The notes beneath the pieces were generated by a model, which was not told the origin of the DNA, searched no databases, and saw only the letters and a list, made by a program, of their open reading frames with translations. Positions 54,304 to 62,226 of a stretch of 62,226 bases of DNA are shown one piece after another. Made by a program: the position numbers and the translations under genes. This DNA is from a bacterium (GTDB taxonomy: Bacteria; Babelota; Babeliae; Babelales; JABGSX01). The stretch spans positions 1 through 62,226 of the forward strand of contig JABGSX010000041.1 of assembly GCA_018647505.1 (NCBI GenBank), read 5' to 3'. How positions within the stretch are numbered: the stretch's first letter is position 1; each line of letters starts with the position of its first letter.

Positions 54304-55950
54304 CTAATTTTTTTCAGTTTTGTAAAATTTGTAAAATGAATGACATAAATACAGCAAGATTAAATATATGGTTATTCCACTTAAAAGTGGGACAAAAAGC
54401 CGCATGAACAAATTGTGCTTTTGAAGTAATCCTGTAAGTAAAAATGCGAAAGCCGATGAAAAAATTGCTGGGGCCGCATATGCTAGTTGTGAATAGAAAT
54501 GTTTGTGCAAGTTTACTCCTGCGCTTTCTGCATTCATTATTGTTGTGTCAGATTTTAAAGATGTATGGCTTCCCGCAACAGCGCCGGAAAGTATTGCTCC
54601 CAAAACTGGAACCAAAATTGAAATACTCGCAAGATCAACAGGAGGGGTGAGGTTTTTAAGGTGCAAGCACATTGGGACCACGATGGGTATTAAAATTGCT
54701 GCAGTTGCCCAAGAAGAGCCTGTTGAAAGAGAGATAAATGCTGATACAAGGAAAAATATCACGGGAAGATAGGATATGCTTATGTGTCCAGAAAGAAGTC
54801 CCGCTAAATATTGGCCAGAGTGAAGATCGCTTTTTAAAATTGCCCCAAATATCCAGACCAATGACAAAAGAATTATTGAGTTTTTCATTATCATAAAACC
54901 GTGTGCATAGAGCATCAGTGATTCTTTGATGGAGACAATTTTTCTTGCTAAGAAGTAAAATGTTATTAATGGTAGAGATACAATGCTTCCCAGGAATAGG
55001 GAAAGGTATATATCCGCATTTTTTAGAGCCAGTAGAAAGGAGTTTGTTTCGTCTTTGAGATAAGGCTTTTTTATGTATAGAACAAAGAACAAAATTGTTC
55101 CAATAAACAAGCATAAAGGAACCAAGAAGTTTAACATTGAAGGGCTTTTTATGCTTATTGATTCGTGTTTATTGTGGCTCTTTTCTTTTGAAAGGTCTTC
55201 AGATTGGATTGCTGCTTTTTCATCTTTTTTCATTGGTCCAAATGAAATTCTACTTGCGACAATGAACAGTACGCCGAAAATAATTATAAATGAGTAAAAG
55301 ACGTAAGGAATTGTGTGTAAGTAAACCTTAAATGGTTTGGCAAATACTGTAGGATTGTGGAAAATATTAAAATATATTCCCGCCTTTTTTAGTTGTATTG
55401 TTATCATTGCGCACCAGGTTGAAATTGGGCTTAGCACAGACAGGGGGGTGGCCATTGAACTGGTTAAAAATGCGAGTTTTGTTCTGGGAATTCTTGTTTT
55501 GTCTGTAAGGGGGTGGCTTATTCTTCCCATTGTTAGTGAACTAAAATAATCGTCTATGAAGAAAAATAATGAGGAAAACACGGTTATAAATTCTGCGCCG
55601 ATGGCGTTTTTGACCTGCTTTTTTATAAATGAAGAGTATGCTACTGGTCCCTTTGTGTAGTTGATAAATGAAATTACAACTCCAAGGGCAATGAGAAAAG
55701 TAAAAACAAATATATGCTCTAAGCGTCCAGAGCCGATCATCTTGGTGGAAAAGTTGTAAATATTATCAACTTCCATTTGTCCCCAGAAATGTTTTATAAT
55801 TAATAGAAAAGAGTTTTTAAGATTAAACTGTGTTGCTATAATTGCGGCAGAGATTATTCCACCAGCAAGAGCCAGAATTGTTTTTCTTGTGTAGAATGCG
55901 AGAATTATTACAAAAATGGGTGGAAATATGGAAAGTAAGCTAGGTTCCAT
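54304..55950 (-). CDS. Na+/H+ antiporter NhaC-family membrane transporter
   Basis: 548 aa, about 12 TM segments. The N-terminus (IFPPIFVIILAFYTRKTILALAGGIISAAI) and overall architecture are NhaC-like, recalled from memory. Confidence 0.62.
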   Translation of the reverse strand: MEPSLLSIFPPIFVIILAFYTRKTILALAGGIISAAIIATQFNLKNSFLLIIKHFWGQMEVDNIYNFSTKMIGSGRLEHIFVFTFLIALGVVISFINYTKGPVAYSSFIKKQVKNAIGAEFITVFSSLFFFIDDYFSSLTMGRISHPLTDKTRIPRTKLAFLTSSMATPLSVLSPISTWCAMITIQLKKAGIYFNIFHNPTVFAKPFKVYLHTIPYVFYSFIIIFGVLFIVASRISFGPMKKDEKAAIQSEDLSKEKSHNKHESISIKSPSMLNFLVPLCLFIGTILFFVLYIKKPYLKDETNSFLLALKNADIYLSLFLGSIVSLPLITFYFLARKIVSIKESLMLYAHGFMIMKNSIILLSLVWIFGAILKSDLHSGQYLAGLLSGHISISYLPVIFFLVSAFISLSTGSSWATAAILIPIVVPMCLHLKNLTPPVDLASISILVPVLGAILSGAVAGSHTSLKSDTTIMNAESAGVNLHKHFYSQLAYAAPAIFSSAFAFLLTGLLQKHNLFMRLFVPLLSGITIYLILLYLCHSFYKFYKTEKN

Positions 55951-56220
55951 AATTATGACCTCTCTTTTTTTGATTAGTGTTTTTGATTTTCACTTAAAAG
56001 TACAATATTGTACGGCCGCCAAAAAATCAATATTGTGGGAAAGATTTGTTGTTGTTTGTTTTGTAGACAAAGGAATGGCCAGTATAAATCTTTAATGTTA
56101 TTAAGGTGCATATTGACCGTCACTTTTTTTTTATTTACAATTAAAGCTAAACCGTTCTTAAAAGTAATTTCTAGAATTTTAAATGAGACTACAAAGAGAT
56201 CAGAAGGCAGGGAAATATTC

Positions 56221-56643
56221 ATGGACATGAATAGAATTTTTTACTTGAAGAAAGAAGATCGGGATCCATCTTGGCACGTTATTGATGCAAAAGATCAGAT
56301 TCTTGGTCGCCTGGCAACAAAGATTGCCGACACTCTTCGCGGAAGAGACAAAGCGCATTTTACTCATCATACTGATACCGGAGACTATGTTGTTGTTATC
56401 AATGCTAAAAATATAAAAGTTACTGGTAACAAATTTGAAGACAAAAAATATGTTAGCTATTCCGGATGGATAGGTGGACAAAAGGAAAGAACCTTTAAAC
56501 AATTGATGGCAAAAGATCCTACGCAAATTATCATCAAGGCGGTAAAGGGAATGCTTCCAAGAAATAAGTTGAGCCGAGAAATTATAAAAAAATTAAAAGT
56601 TTACGCTGGATCTGAGCATCCACACAAGGCTCAAATTAAATAA
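56221..56643 (+). CDS. rplM: 50S ribosomal protein L13
   Basis: WHVIDAKDQILGRLATKIADTLRGRDKAHFTHHTDTGDYVVVINA is the L13 core. ATG 56221 (or 56227) is preceded by AGGGA. The upstream part of the track ORF is non-coding. Confidence 0.93.
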   Translation: MDMNRIFYLKKEDRDPSWHVIDAKDQILGRLATKIADTLRGRDKAHFTHHTDTGDYVVVINAKNIKVTGNKFEDKKYVSYSGWIGGQKERTFKQLMAKDPTQIIIKAVKGMLPRNKLSREIIKKLKVYAGSEHPHKAQIK

Positions 56644-56669
56644 TTTGTAAGGTCTTATAAATTAAAAAA

Positions 56670-56696
56670 GCCTCGCAGAAATGCGAGGCTTTTTTT
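56670..56696. terminator. bidirectional rho-independent terminator (rplM / rseP)
   Basis: GCCTCGCA-GAAA-TGCGAGGC is flanked by A5 (5') and T7 (3'). Confidence 0.7.
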
Positions 56697-56727
56697 GCGT
56701 AAAAATTATAACTAAATTGGATAAAAC

Positions 56728-57825
56728 TTAGTGTTTAAAAAATATACTCCATAAGTCTGATACAGTTAAAATAAGATATAATCCTAACACTAAAACCCAA
56801 CAGCCAATAGCGATGTATTCGCGCACTTTTTCTGGCAACGGTTTTCTAATAAGTGCCTCTATTCCAAATAAAACTGCTTGCCCACCGTCAAAAATTGGAA
56901 GTGGCAGAAGGTTAATAAACAGTAGGTTAAGGCTGATAATTGCAAGCAAAAACAATAAGTTTTTGTAGCCTTTTGATGCACTCTTGGATGTTTCAGATAA
57001 GATTCTGATAGGACCACCAATGTTTTTGATATTATTTTTATTCAGAAGTGATTTGAATGTGGCACATATTGTGGTCAGTCCGTGCCATGAAAACCTAAAG
57101 CTTTGTTTTAGAGATTGGGCGAAAGACATAGGTGGCAACGGCTTCATTTCAAGAAGAGCTCCCAAAACCTTTCCTGTCGCCAAGCTTCCAAGTTGTATTT
57201 GTGCTGTGTATTGTTTATTGTCTCGTTCGTATGAAAGATAGACCTCTTTGTTTTTATTTGCATAGACCTCTTCCAAGACCTTAGCCCCATTTTTTTCAAC
57301 CTCTATATGGTTGACCGAGATTATTTGATCTCCAATTTTTAATCCAGCTTTTTCGGCTGGAGAGTCAGTAATTATCTGAGAGATTTTGTTCGTTGCGTTC
57401 GAAGGGTATGATAAAATGTTTTTTGGCATACCTACAGAAAAAAGAAGTACAAAAACTAAATATGCAAAAATAAAGTTAAAAATAATTCCACCAGAAAAAA
57501 TGGCTAGTTTTTTATAGAATGGCTTGTCTGTGAATAACTTGTTGTTTTCGCCAGGTTCGGTTGGCTTTTCAGGATCTTGTCCTGCAATTTCTACATATCC
57601 ACCTAGCGGAATAGCTGACAGCGAAAATTCGGTTTCACCAATTTTTTTTGTAAAAAGCTTTGGGCCCATTCCAATTGAAAAAGAAGGAACGCTTACTCCA
57701 AAAAGTTTACACATTAGAAAATGTCCAAGTTCATGAAACCCAATTATGAAACCAATTCCAAAAATACCTATAAGTAGCATTAAAATTTGTTGCGAATATG
57801 ATAAAATAATAGAAGTAATCTCCAT
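56728..57825 (-). CDS. rseP: site-2 protease, M50 family (RseP-like)
   Basis: 365 aa with HELGHF (HExxH), a PDZ-like middle region, and NLLPLPIFDGG. Confidence 0.92.
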   Translation of the reverse strand: MEITSIILSYSQQILMLLIGIFGIGFIIGFHELGHFLMCKLFGVSVPSFSIGMGPKLFTKKIGETEFSLSAIPLGGYVEIAGQDPEKPTEPGENNKLFTDKPFYKKLAIFSGGIIFNFIFAYLVFVLLFSVGMPKNILSYPSNATNKISQIITDSPAEKAGLKIGDQIISVNHIEVEKNGAKVLEEVYANKNKEVYLSYERDNKQYTAQIQLGSLATGKVLGALLEMKPLPPMSFAQSLKQSFRFSWHGLTTICATFKSLLNKNNIKNIGGPIRILSETSKSASKGYKNLLFLLAIISLNLLFINLLPLPIFDGGQAVLFGIEALIRKPLPEKVREYIAIGCWVLVLGLYLILTVSDLWSIFFKH

Positions 57826-58045
57826 GCAAAGTCCTCTCTTAAATAGATGAAATATTACGATAATTTTATACGGATTTTATGTTCAGGCTAAATGTAGCAT
57901 CAATTGTTTTACAAGTCCATAACGTGGTTATTATTGAATTTAAATTGATTGGTTTTGATCAAAACAATTGGATGTGTTGAGTCGATTGTCCTGGTTGAAC
58001 AAGGGTGTGTTTTATGTTAAATTTATTAGCTGTGTGTAACGCTGC

Positions 58046-58073
58046 TTGAAAAACTTATTAAAAACGGTACAAT
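58046..58073 (+). promoter_or_regulatory. candidate promoter of the rpsL-rpsG-fusA-tuf operon
   Basis: TTGAAA (58046-58051), a 16-nt spacer, then TACAAT (58068-58073). It lies about 150 nt upstream of rpsL. Confidence 0.35.
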
Positions 58074-58227
58074 ATTAGTTAAACGTTTACTTGCCAAGAT
58101 TCGGGTCAATTAAATTCTGTAAATTCAATGTTTTATTATGTATTAATTGTAGGATTTTTGAGCAGTTGAGATTGAGAAGTTTGTAGTATTTTTACGATTA
58201 AAGAGCAAAAGAACAGGAACATAAATT

Positions 58228-58602
58228 ATGCCTACGATAAGTCAGCTTGTTCGCAAAGAGCGAAAAAGAAAGAAAACAAAGACATCAAGCCCGGCATTAA
58301 AAGGGGCTCCTCAGGTACGAGGTGTGTGTACGCGAGTTTTTACCGTTACTCCTAAAAAACCAAACTCTGCGTTGAGAAAAGTAGCCCGTGTAAAGTTGTC
58401 TACGGGTTTTGAAGTTTCAGCTTACATTCCTGGAGAGGGACACAACTTGCAAGAGCACTCGGTTGTTTTGATTCGGGGCGGCAAAGTAAAAGATTTACCA
58501 GGTGTAAAATATCACATTGTTCGTGGTGCGTTGGATGCCGAGGGTGTAGAAAATAGAAGACAAAGTCGTTCTTTGTATGGTGCAAAACGTCCGAAAAGTT
58601 AA
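58228..58602 (+). CDS. rpsL: 30S ribosomal protein S12
   Basis: [13 protein letters not shown]…[14 protein letters not shown]…. Confidence 0.98.
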   Translation: MPTISQLVRKERKRKKTKTSSPALKGAPQVRGVCTRVFTVTPKKPNSALRKVARVKLSTGFEVSAYIPGEGHNLQEHSVVLIRGGKVKDLPGVKYHIVRGALDAEGVENRRQSRSLYGAKRPKS

Positions 58603-58623
58603 AAGTTCAAAAAGGTTTGATAT

Positions 58624-59106
58624 ATGCCAAGACGTAAGACAGTAGATTTAAAAAGAAATATTCCCGCCGATTATAAATATGGTTCTGTATTGGTTCAGAA
58701 GTTGATCAATGTTGTTATGGAGCGTGGGAAAAAAAATACCGCTAGGTCAGTGGTGTACGGAGCTTTGATCGAAGTCGCTAGCAAAATAAAGGGAGATGAG
58801 AAAAAAGCCATTGATCTTTTTAATAAGGCGTATGATCAAATTGTTCCGCAAATTGAGGTTCGCCCAAGACGTGTTGGAGGTAGTGTCTACCAAATTCCAG
58901 TTGAGGTTATTCCTCGCAGAAAGGAAGCTTTGGCATTGCGTTGGCTTATTTCGGCAGCAAAGAGTCGTCCGGATAAGGCAATGACAATTAGATTGGCACG
59001 AGAAATTTTAGATGCAAGTGAAGGTCGTGGATCTGCAGTTAAGAAGAGAATTGATATGCACAAAATGGCCGATGCTAACCGAGCGTTTTCTCACTATGCA
59101 TGGTAG
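58624..59106 (+). CDS. rpsG: 30S ribosomal protein S7
   Basis: 160 aa: …KLINVVMERGKKNTA…VEVRPRRVGGSVYQIPVEV…. Confidence 0.98.
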   Translation: MPRRKTVDLKRNIPADYKYGSVLVQKLINVVMERGKKNTARSVVYGALIEVASKIKGDEKKAIDLFNKAYDQIVPQIEVRPRRVGGSVYQIPVEVIPRRKEALALRWLISAAKSRPDKAMTIRLAREILDASEGRGSAVKKRIDMHKMADANRAFSHYAW

Positions 59107-59135
59107 TTGTTTGTTAATTAGGGATAAGTTGAACA

Positions 59136-61199
59136 ATGAGTACTCCGTTAGATAGATATAGAAATATTGGAATCGCAGCCCATATTGATGCTGGAAAAAC
59201 AACTGTAACAGAAAGAATTCTGTTTTACACGGGCGTCTCTCACAAAATTGGTGAGGTGCACGAGGGCGAAGCGGTTATGGACTGGATGGAGCAGGAGCGC
59301 GAGCGTGGTATTACAATCACATCGGCAGCTACAACCTGTTTTTGGAAAGACCATCAAATTAATATTCTTGATACACCAGGTCACGTTGATTTTACAATTG
59401 AAGTTGGTCGATCACTGCGTGTTTTAGATGGTGCAGTCGGTGTTTTTTGCGGGGTCGCAGGGGTGCAGCCACAGTCCGAGACTGTTTGGCGGCAGGCTGA
59501 TCGATACAAAGTTCCACGAATTATTTTTGTTAACAAGCTCGACAGGGTTGGAGCAGATTTTTTCAAGGCTGTTGAGGATATTCGCGGAAAGTTAACCAAA
59601 AATATATTGGCGATGCAAATTGCTATTGGCGCGGAAGAAAATTTTTCCGGGATTATAGATGTTTTAAGTAGCAAGCTGCATGAGTTTAAGGATGAAGATA
59701 AAGGGGCGAATGTTGATGTAAAAGACGCTCCGCCTGAGTACTCTGAAAAAATTAAAGAAATGCGCCAAAATATTCTAGAAAAGGCTTGCGACTGTGATGA
59801 AGAATTAGCAGAAAAATTTTTAGAAGATAAGCCTATTTCTACGGAAGAAATTAAAGCGGCTTTGCGCAAGGGTGTGGCAAACAGAGATGTTGTGCCAGCT
59901 TTTTGTGGGACAGCTTTGAAGAATAAGGGTATACAGTTGTTGCTTGATGCAATTATTGATTACCTTCCGTCTCCGTTAGATGTTCCATCTATTGTTGGTG
60001 TTGATCCTAATTCAGACAAAGAGGTTGAACGCAAGGTTGACCCTAAGGAGCCGTTCTCGGCTCTGGTGTTTAAAGTTATGACAGATCAGTATGTTGGGGT
60101 GCTTAATTTTGTAAGAGTTTATTCTGGTCAGCTAAAGGCTGGTTCTTATGTGTATAATGCGACTCGCGACAAAAAAGAAAGGGTGAGCCGGTTGATTCGT
60201 ATGCACTCGGATAAGCGAGAAGAGATTTCTTCTGTAAGTGCCGGGGATATTGCGGCGTTTGTTGGCCTTAAAGAGGCAACAACTGGTGATACGCTTTGTG
60301 ACGAAAAACGTCCTATTTTGTTGGAGTCTATCGAGATTCCAGATCCAGTTATTTCTACTTCTGTTGAGCCGAAGAGTAAGCTTGATTATGACAAGATGTG
60401 TGCAGGCTTGAGAAAGCTTATGAGGGAAGATCCTTCGTTCCAGTTTACTTATGACAAGGAGACAAATCAAACTGTTATAAGGGGTATGGGAGAGCTTCAC
60501 CTTGAAATTATTGTAGATAGGTTAAAGCGTGAGCACAGTGTTGAGGTTGATCAGGGTGGCCTTCGAGTTGCATACAGAGAAACAATACAGCGTACAGTTA
60601 AGGTTGAAGGAAAGTATGTTAAGCAGTCTGGGGGTAGGGGTCAGTACGGGCACGTTTGGCTGGAACTTGAGCCGTTGCCGCGAGGAGAAGGCTTTAAGTT
60701 TGTAGATAAGATTGTTGGTGGATCCATTCCTAGAGAGTTTATTCCAGCTGTGGCAAAAGGAGTTGAAGAGGCTTCAAAGTCTGGCATTTTGGGTGGATAC
60801 ACGGCAGTTGATTTTCAAGTGAAGCTTTATGACGGATCGTTCCACGATGTTGACTCGTCCGAGATGGCCTTTAAGGTTGCAGCTTCGATGGCGTTTAAAA
60901 GGGGTATGACTGAGGCTTCTCCCGTTTTGCTAGAGCCAATTATGATGGTTGAAGTTGATACGCCAGAGAAGTACATGGGTGATGTTATGGGTGACTTGAG
61001 CTCAAGAAGAGGTAGAATCTTGGGGATGGAAGCCAGGGCAGATCGCCAAATAATCAAGGCAGAGGTTCCGCTTGCGGAGATGTTGGGTTATGCTACATCG
61101 TTGCGCTCTATGACACAAGGACGCTCAGGGTATTCTATGGAGTTTGAGTGTTACCGTGAGGTTCCAAAGAGCAAGCAGGACGAAGTTTTAGGCAAGTAG
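59136..61199 (+). CDS. fusA: elongation factor G
   Basis: 687 aa with [17 protein letters not shown] and NKLD, plus domain IV/V blocks. Confidence 0.98.
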   Translation: MSTPLDRYRNIGIAAHIDAGKTTVTERILFYTGVSHKIGEVHEGEAVMDWMEQERERGITITSAATTCFWKDHQINILDTPGHVDFTIEVGRSLRVLDGAVGVFCGVAGVQPQSETVWRQADRYKVPRIIFVNKLDRVGADFFKAVEDIRGKLTKNILAMQIAIGAEENFSGIIDVLSSKLHEFKDEDKGANVDVKDAPPEYSEKIKEMRQNILEKACDCDEELAEKFLEDKPISTEEIKAALRKGVANRDVVPAFCGTALKNKGIQLLLDAIIDYLPSPLDVPSIVGVDPNSDKEVERKVDPKEPFSALVFKVMTDQYVGVLNFVRVYSGQLKAGSYVYNATRDKKERVSRLIRMHSDKREEISSVSAGDIAAFVGLKEATTGDTLCDEKRPILLESIEIPDPVISTSVEPKSKLDYDKMCAGLRKLMREDPSFQFTYDKETNQTVIRGMGELHLEIIVDRLKREHSVEVDQGGLRVAYRETIQRTVKVEGKYVKQSGGRGQYGHVWLELEPLPRGEGFKFVDKIVGGSIPREFIPAVAKGVEEASKSGILGGYTAVDFQVKLYDGSFHDVDSSEMAFKVAASMAFKRGMTEASPVLLEPIMMVEVDTPEKYMGDVMGDLSSRRGRILGMEARADRQIIKAEVPLAEMLGYATSLRSMTQGRSGYSMEFECYREVPKSKQDEVLGK

Positions 61200-61235
61200 G
61201 TATTTGTATTATTGATGTGTAGGAGTAAATAAACA

Positions 61236-62226
61236 ATGGCAAAAGAAGTTTTTAATAGAACAAAGCCGCATTGTAATGTAGGAACAATTGGTCACGTTGA
61301 TCACGGTAAGACAACATTGACTGCTGCGATTACAAAGGTTCTTGCGGAAAAAGGTGGCGCTGAGTTTACACCATTTGATCAAATTGATAAGGCGCCAGAA
61401 GAAAAAACTCGTGGTATTACAATTGCAACGGCACACGTTGAGTACGAAACAGACAAAAGGCACTATGCTCACGTTGATTGTCCTGGTCACGCAGATTACG
61501 TTAAAAACATGATTACAGGTGCAGCACAAATGGATGGCGCAATATTGGTTGTGTCTGCGGCAGATGGTGCTATGCCTCAAACGCGTGAGCACATTTTGTT
61601 GGCAAAAAACATTGGTGTTCCTGCAATGGTTATTTACTTGAACAAAGTTGATATGGTAGATGACCCAGACATGATTGAGATGGTCGAGGAAGAGCTTAGA
61701 GAGCTTCTTTCTTCGTATGATTTTCCAGGAGAAGAAGTTCCTATTATCAAGGGTTCTGCTTTAAAAGCTCTTGAGGGTGATACGAGTGAGATCGGAGCCG
61801 GGTCTATTCAAAAGTTGATGGATGCTGTTGATAGCTACATTCCATTGCCGCCGCGTGATGTTGATAAGACATTTTTGATGGCTGTTGAGGGCGTGTTTTC
61901 TATTTCTGGTAGAGGAACCGTTGCTACAGGGAGAATAGAGCGAGGAAGAGTTAAGGTTGGCGAAGAAGTTAATATTATTGGTTTTGGGAAATTACTCAAA
62001 ACTGTTGTTACCGGTGTTGAAATGTTTAGGAAAATTCTAAACGAGGGTGAGGCTGGTGACAATGTAGGGTTATTGCTTCGCGGTGTGAAAAAAGAAGAAA
62101 TTGAAAGAGGCATGGTTGCTGCCAAGCCTGGAACAATTACTCCTCATAAAAAGTTCAAGTGCCAGGTTTACATCTTGAAAAAAGATGAAGGTGGTAGGCA
62201 TAGTCCATTCTTTAATGGTTATCGTC
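61236..62226 (+). CDS. tuf: elongation factor Tu (3' end off-window)
   Basis: ATG 61236 follows AGGAG (61221-61225). The frame reads [33 protein letters not shown]…DCPGHADY…NKVD and stays open to the window end. It is absent from the ORF track because no stop is reached. Confidence 0.97.
   Translation, partial: MAKEVFNRTKPHCNVGTIGHVDHGKTTLTAAITKVLAEKGGAEFTPFDQIDKAPEEKTRGITIATAHVEYETDKRHYAHVDCPGHADYVKNMITGAAQMDGAILVVSAADGAMPQTREHILLAKNIGVPAMVIYLNKVDMVDDPDMIEMVEEELRELLSSYDFPGEEVPIIKGSALKALEGDTSEIGAGSIQKLMDAVDSYIPLPPRDVDKTFLMAVEGVFSISGRGTVATGRIERGRVKVGEEVNIIGFGKLLKTVVTGVEMFRKILNEGEAGDNVGLLLRGVKKEEIERGMVAAKPGTITPHKKFKCQVYILKKDEGGRHSPFFNGYR

Noticed and set aside
57952-57965. A 14-bp perfect palindrome, GTTTTGATCAAAAC, in the 400-nt rseP/rpsL intergenic region.
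   Set aside because: It is short and AT-rich enough to arise by chance in 62 kb. It has no flanking motif copies and no DnaA-box-like context.
1-62226. A search by eye for CRISPR arrays, rRNA, tmRNA or RNase P signatures, transposases, integrases and phage genes.
   Set aside because: I saw no regularly spaced direct repeats. The only GGTTCGATCC T-loop is in the tRNA at 10379-10453. There is no GAGGAAAGTCC-type RNase P motif and no recombinase-like ORF.

Overview
This is a 62.2-kb segment of a low-GC bacterial chromosome (about one-third G+C by eye, not computed). It is densely coding. I saw no rRNA, CRISPR array, transposase or integrase. The backbone is three blocks of universal information-processing genes: (i) rplK(partial)-rplA-rplJ-rplL-rpoB-rpoC-tRNA-Val-rpsO-pnp at 1-12.9 kb; (ii) hflX-pcrA and ffh-rpsP-KH-trmD-rplS at 22.5-29.9 kb; (iii) rplM, rseP and rpsL-rpsG-fusA-tuf(partial) at 56-62.2 kb. 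Housekeeping and envelope genes (glmM, murC, yidC, recR, pepP, trpS) lie among them. Lineage-specific stretches sit between the blocks. Orphan signal-peptide proteins flank trpS at 19-22.5 kb. Two secreted proteins at 34.6-37.4 kb share a duplicated RBS plus signal-peptide cassette, with an orphan third copy. A 41-49 kb island holds a HEPN/MNT pair, an HD hydrolase, three small-molecule SAM methyltransferases and a signal-anchored nucleoside phosphorylase. The same island carries a tandemly duplicated [AraC-GyrI regulator + stand-alone GyrI-like protein] module, with one regulator frameshifted and one GyrI protein secreted. The most unusual observations are: an eight-cysteine insertion in RpoB; a CdaA homologue that lacks the diadenylate-cyclase catalytic motifs but keeps cdaA-ybbR-glmM synteny; a TrmD fused to a second SPOUT-like domain; and a promoter-SD-37-codon ORF-terminator unit ahead of a DUF2975/XRE pair. 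The gene content fits a host-associated, reduced-genome bacterium, but taxonomy cannot be established without a search. All product calls rest on motif and synteny recognition from memory, not on database searches.
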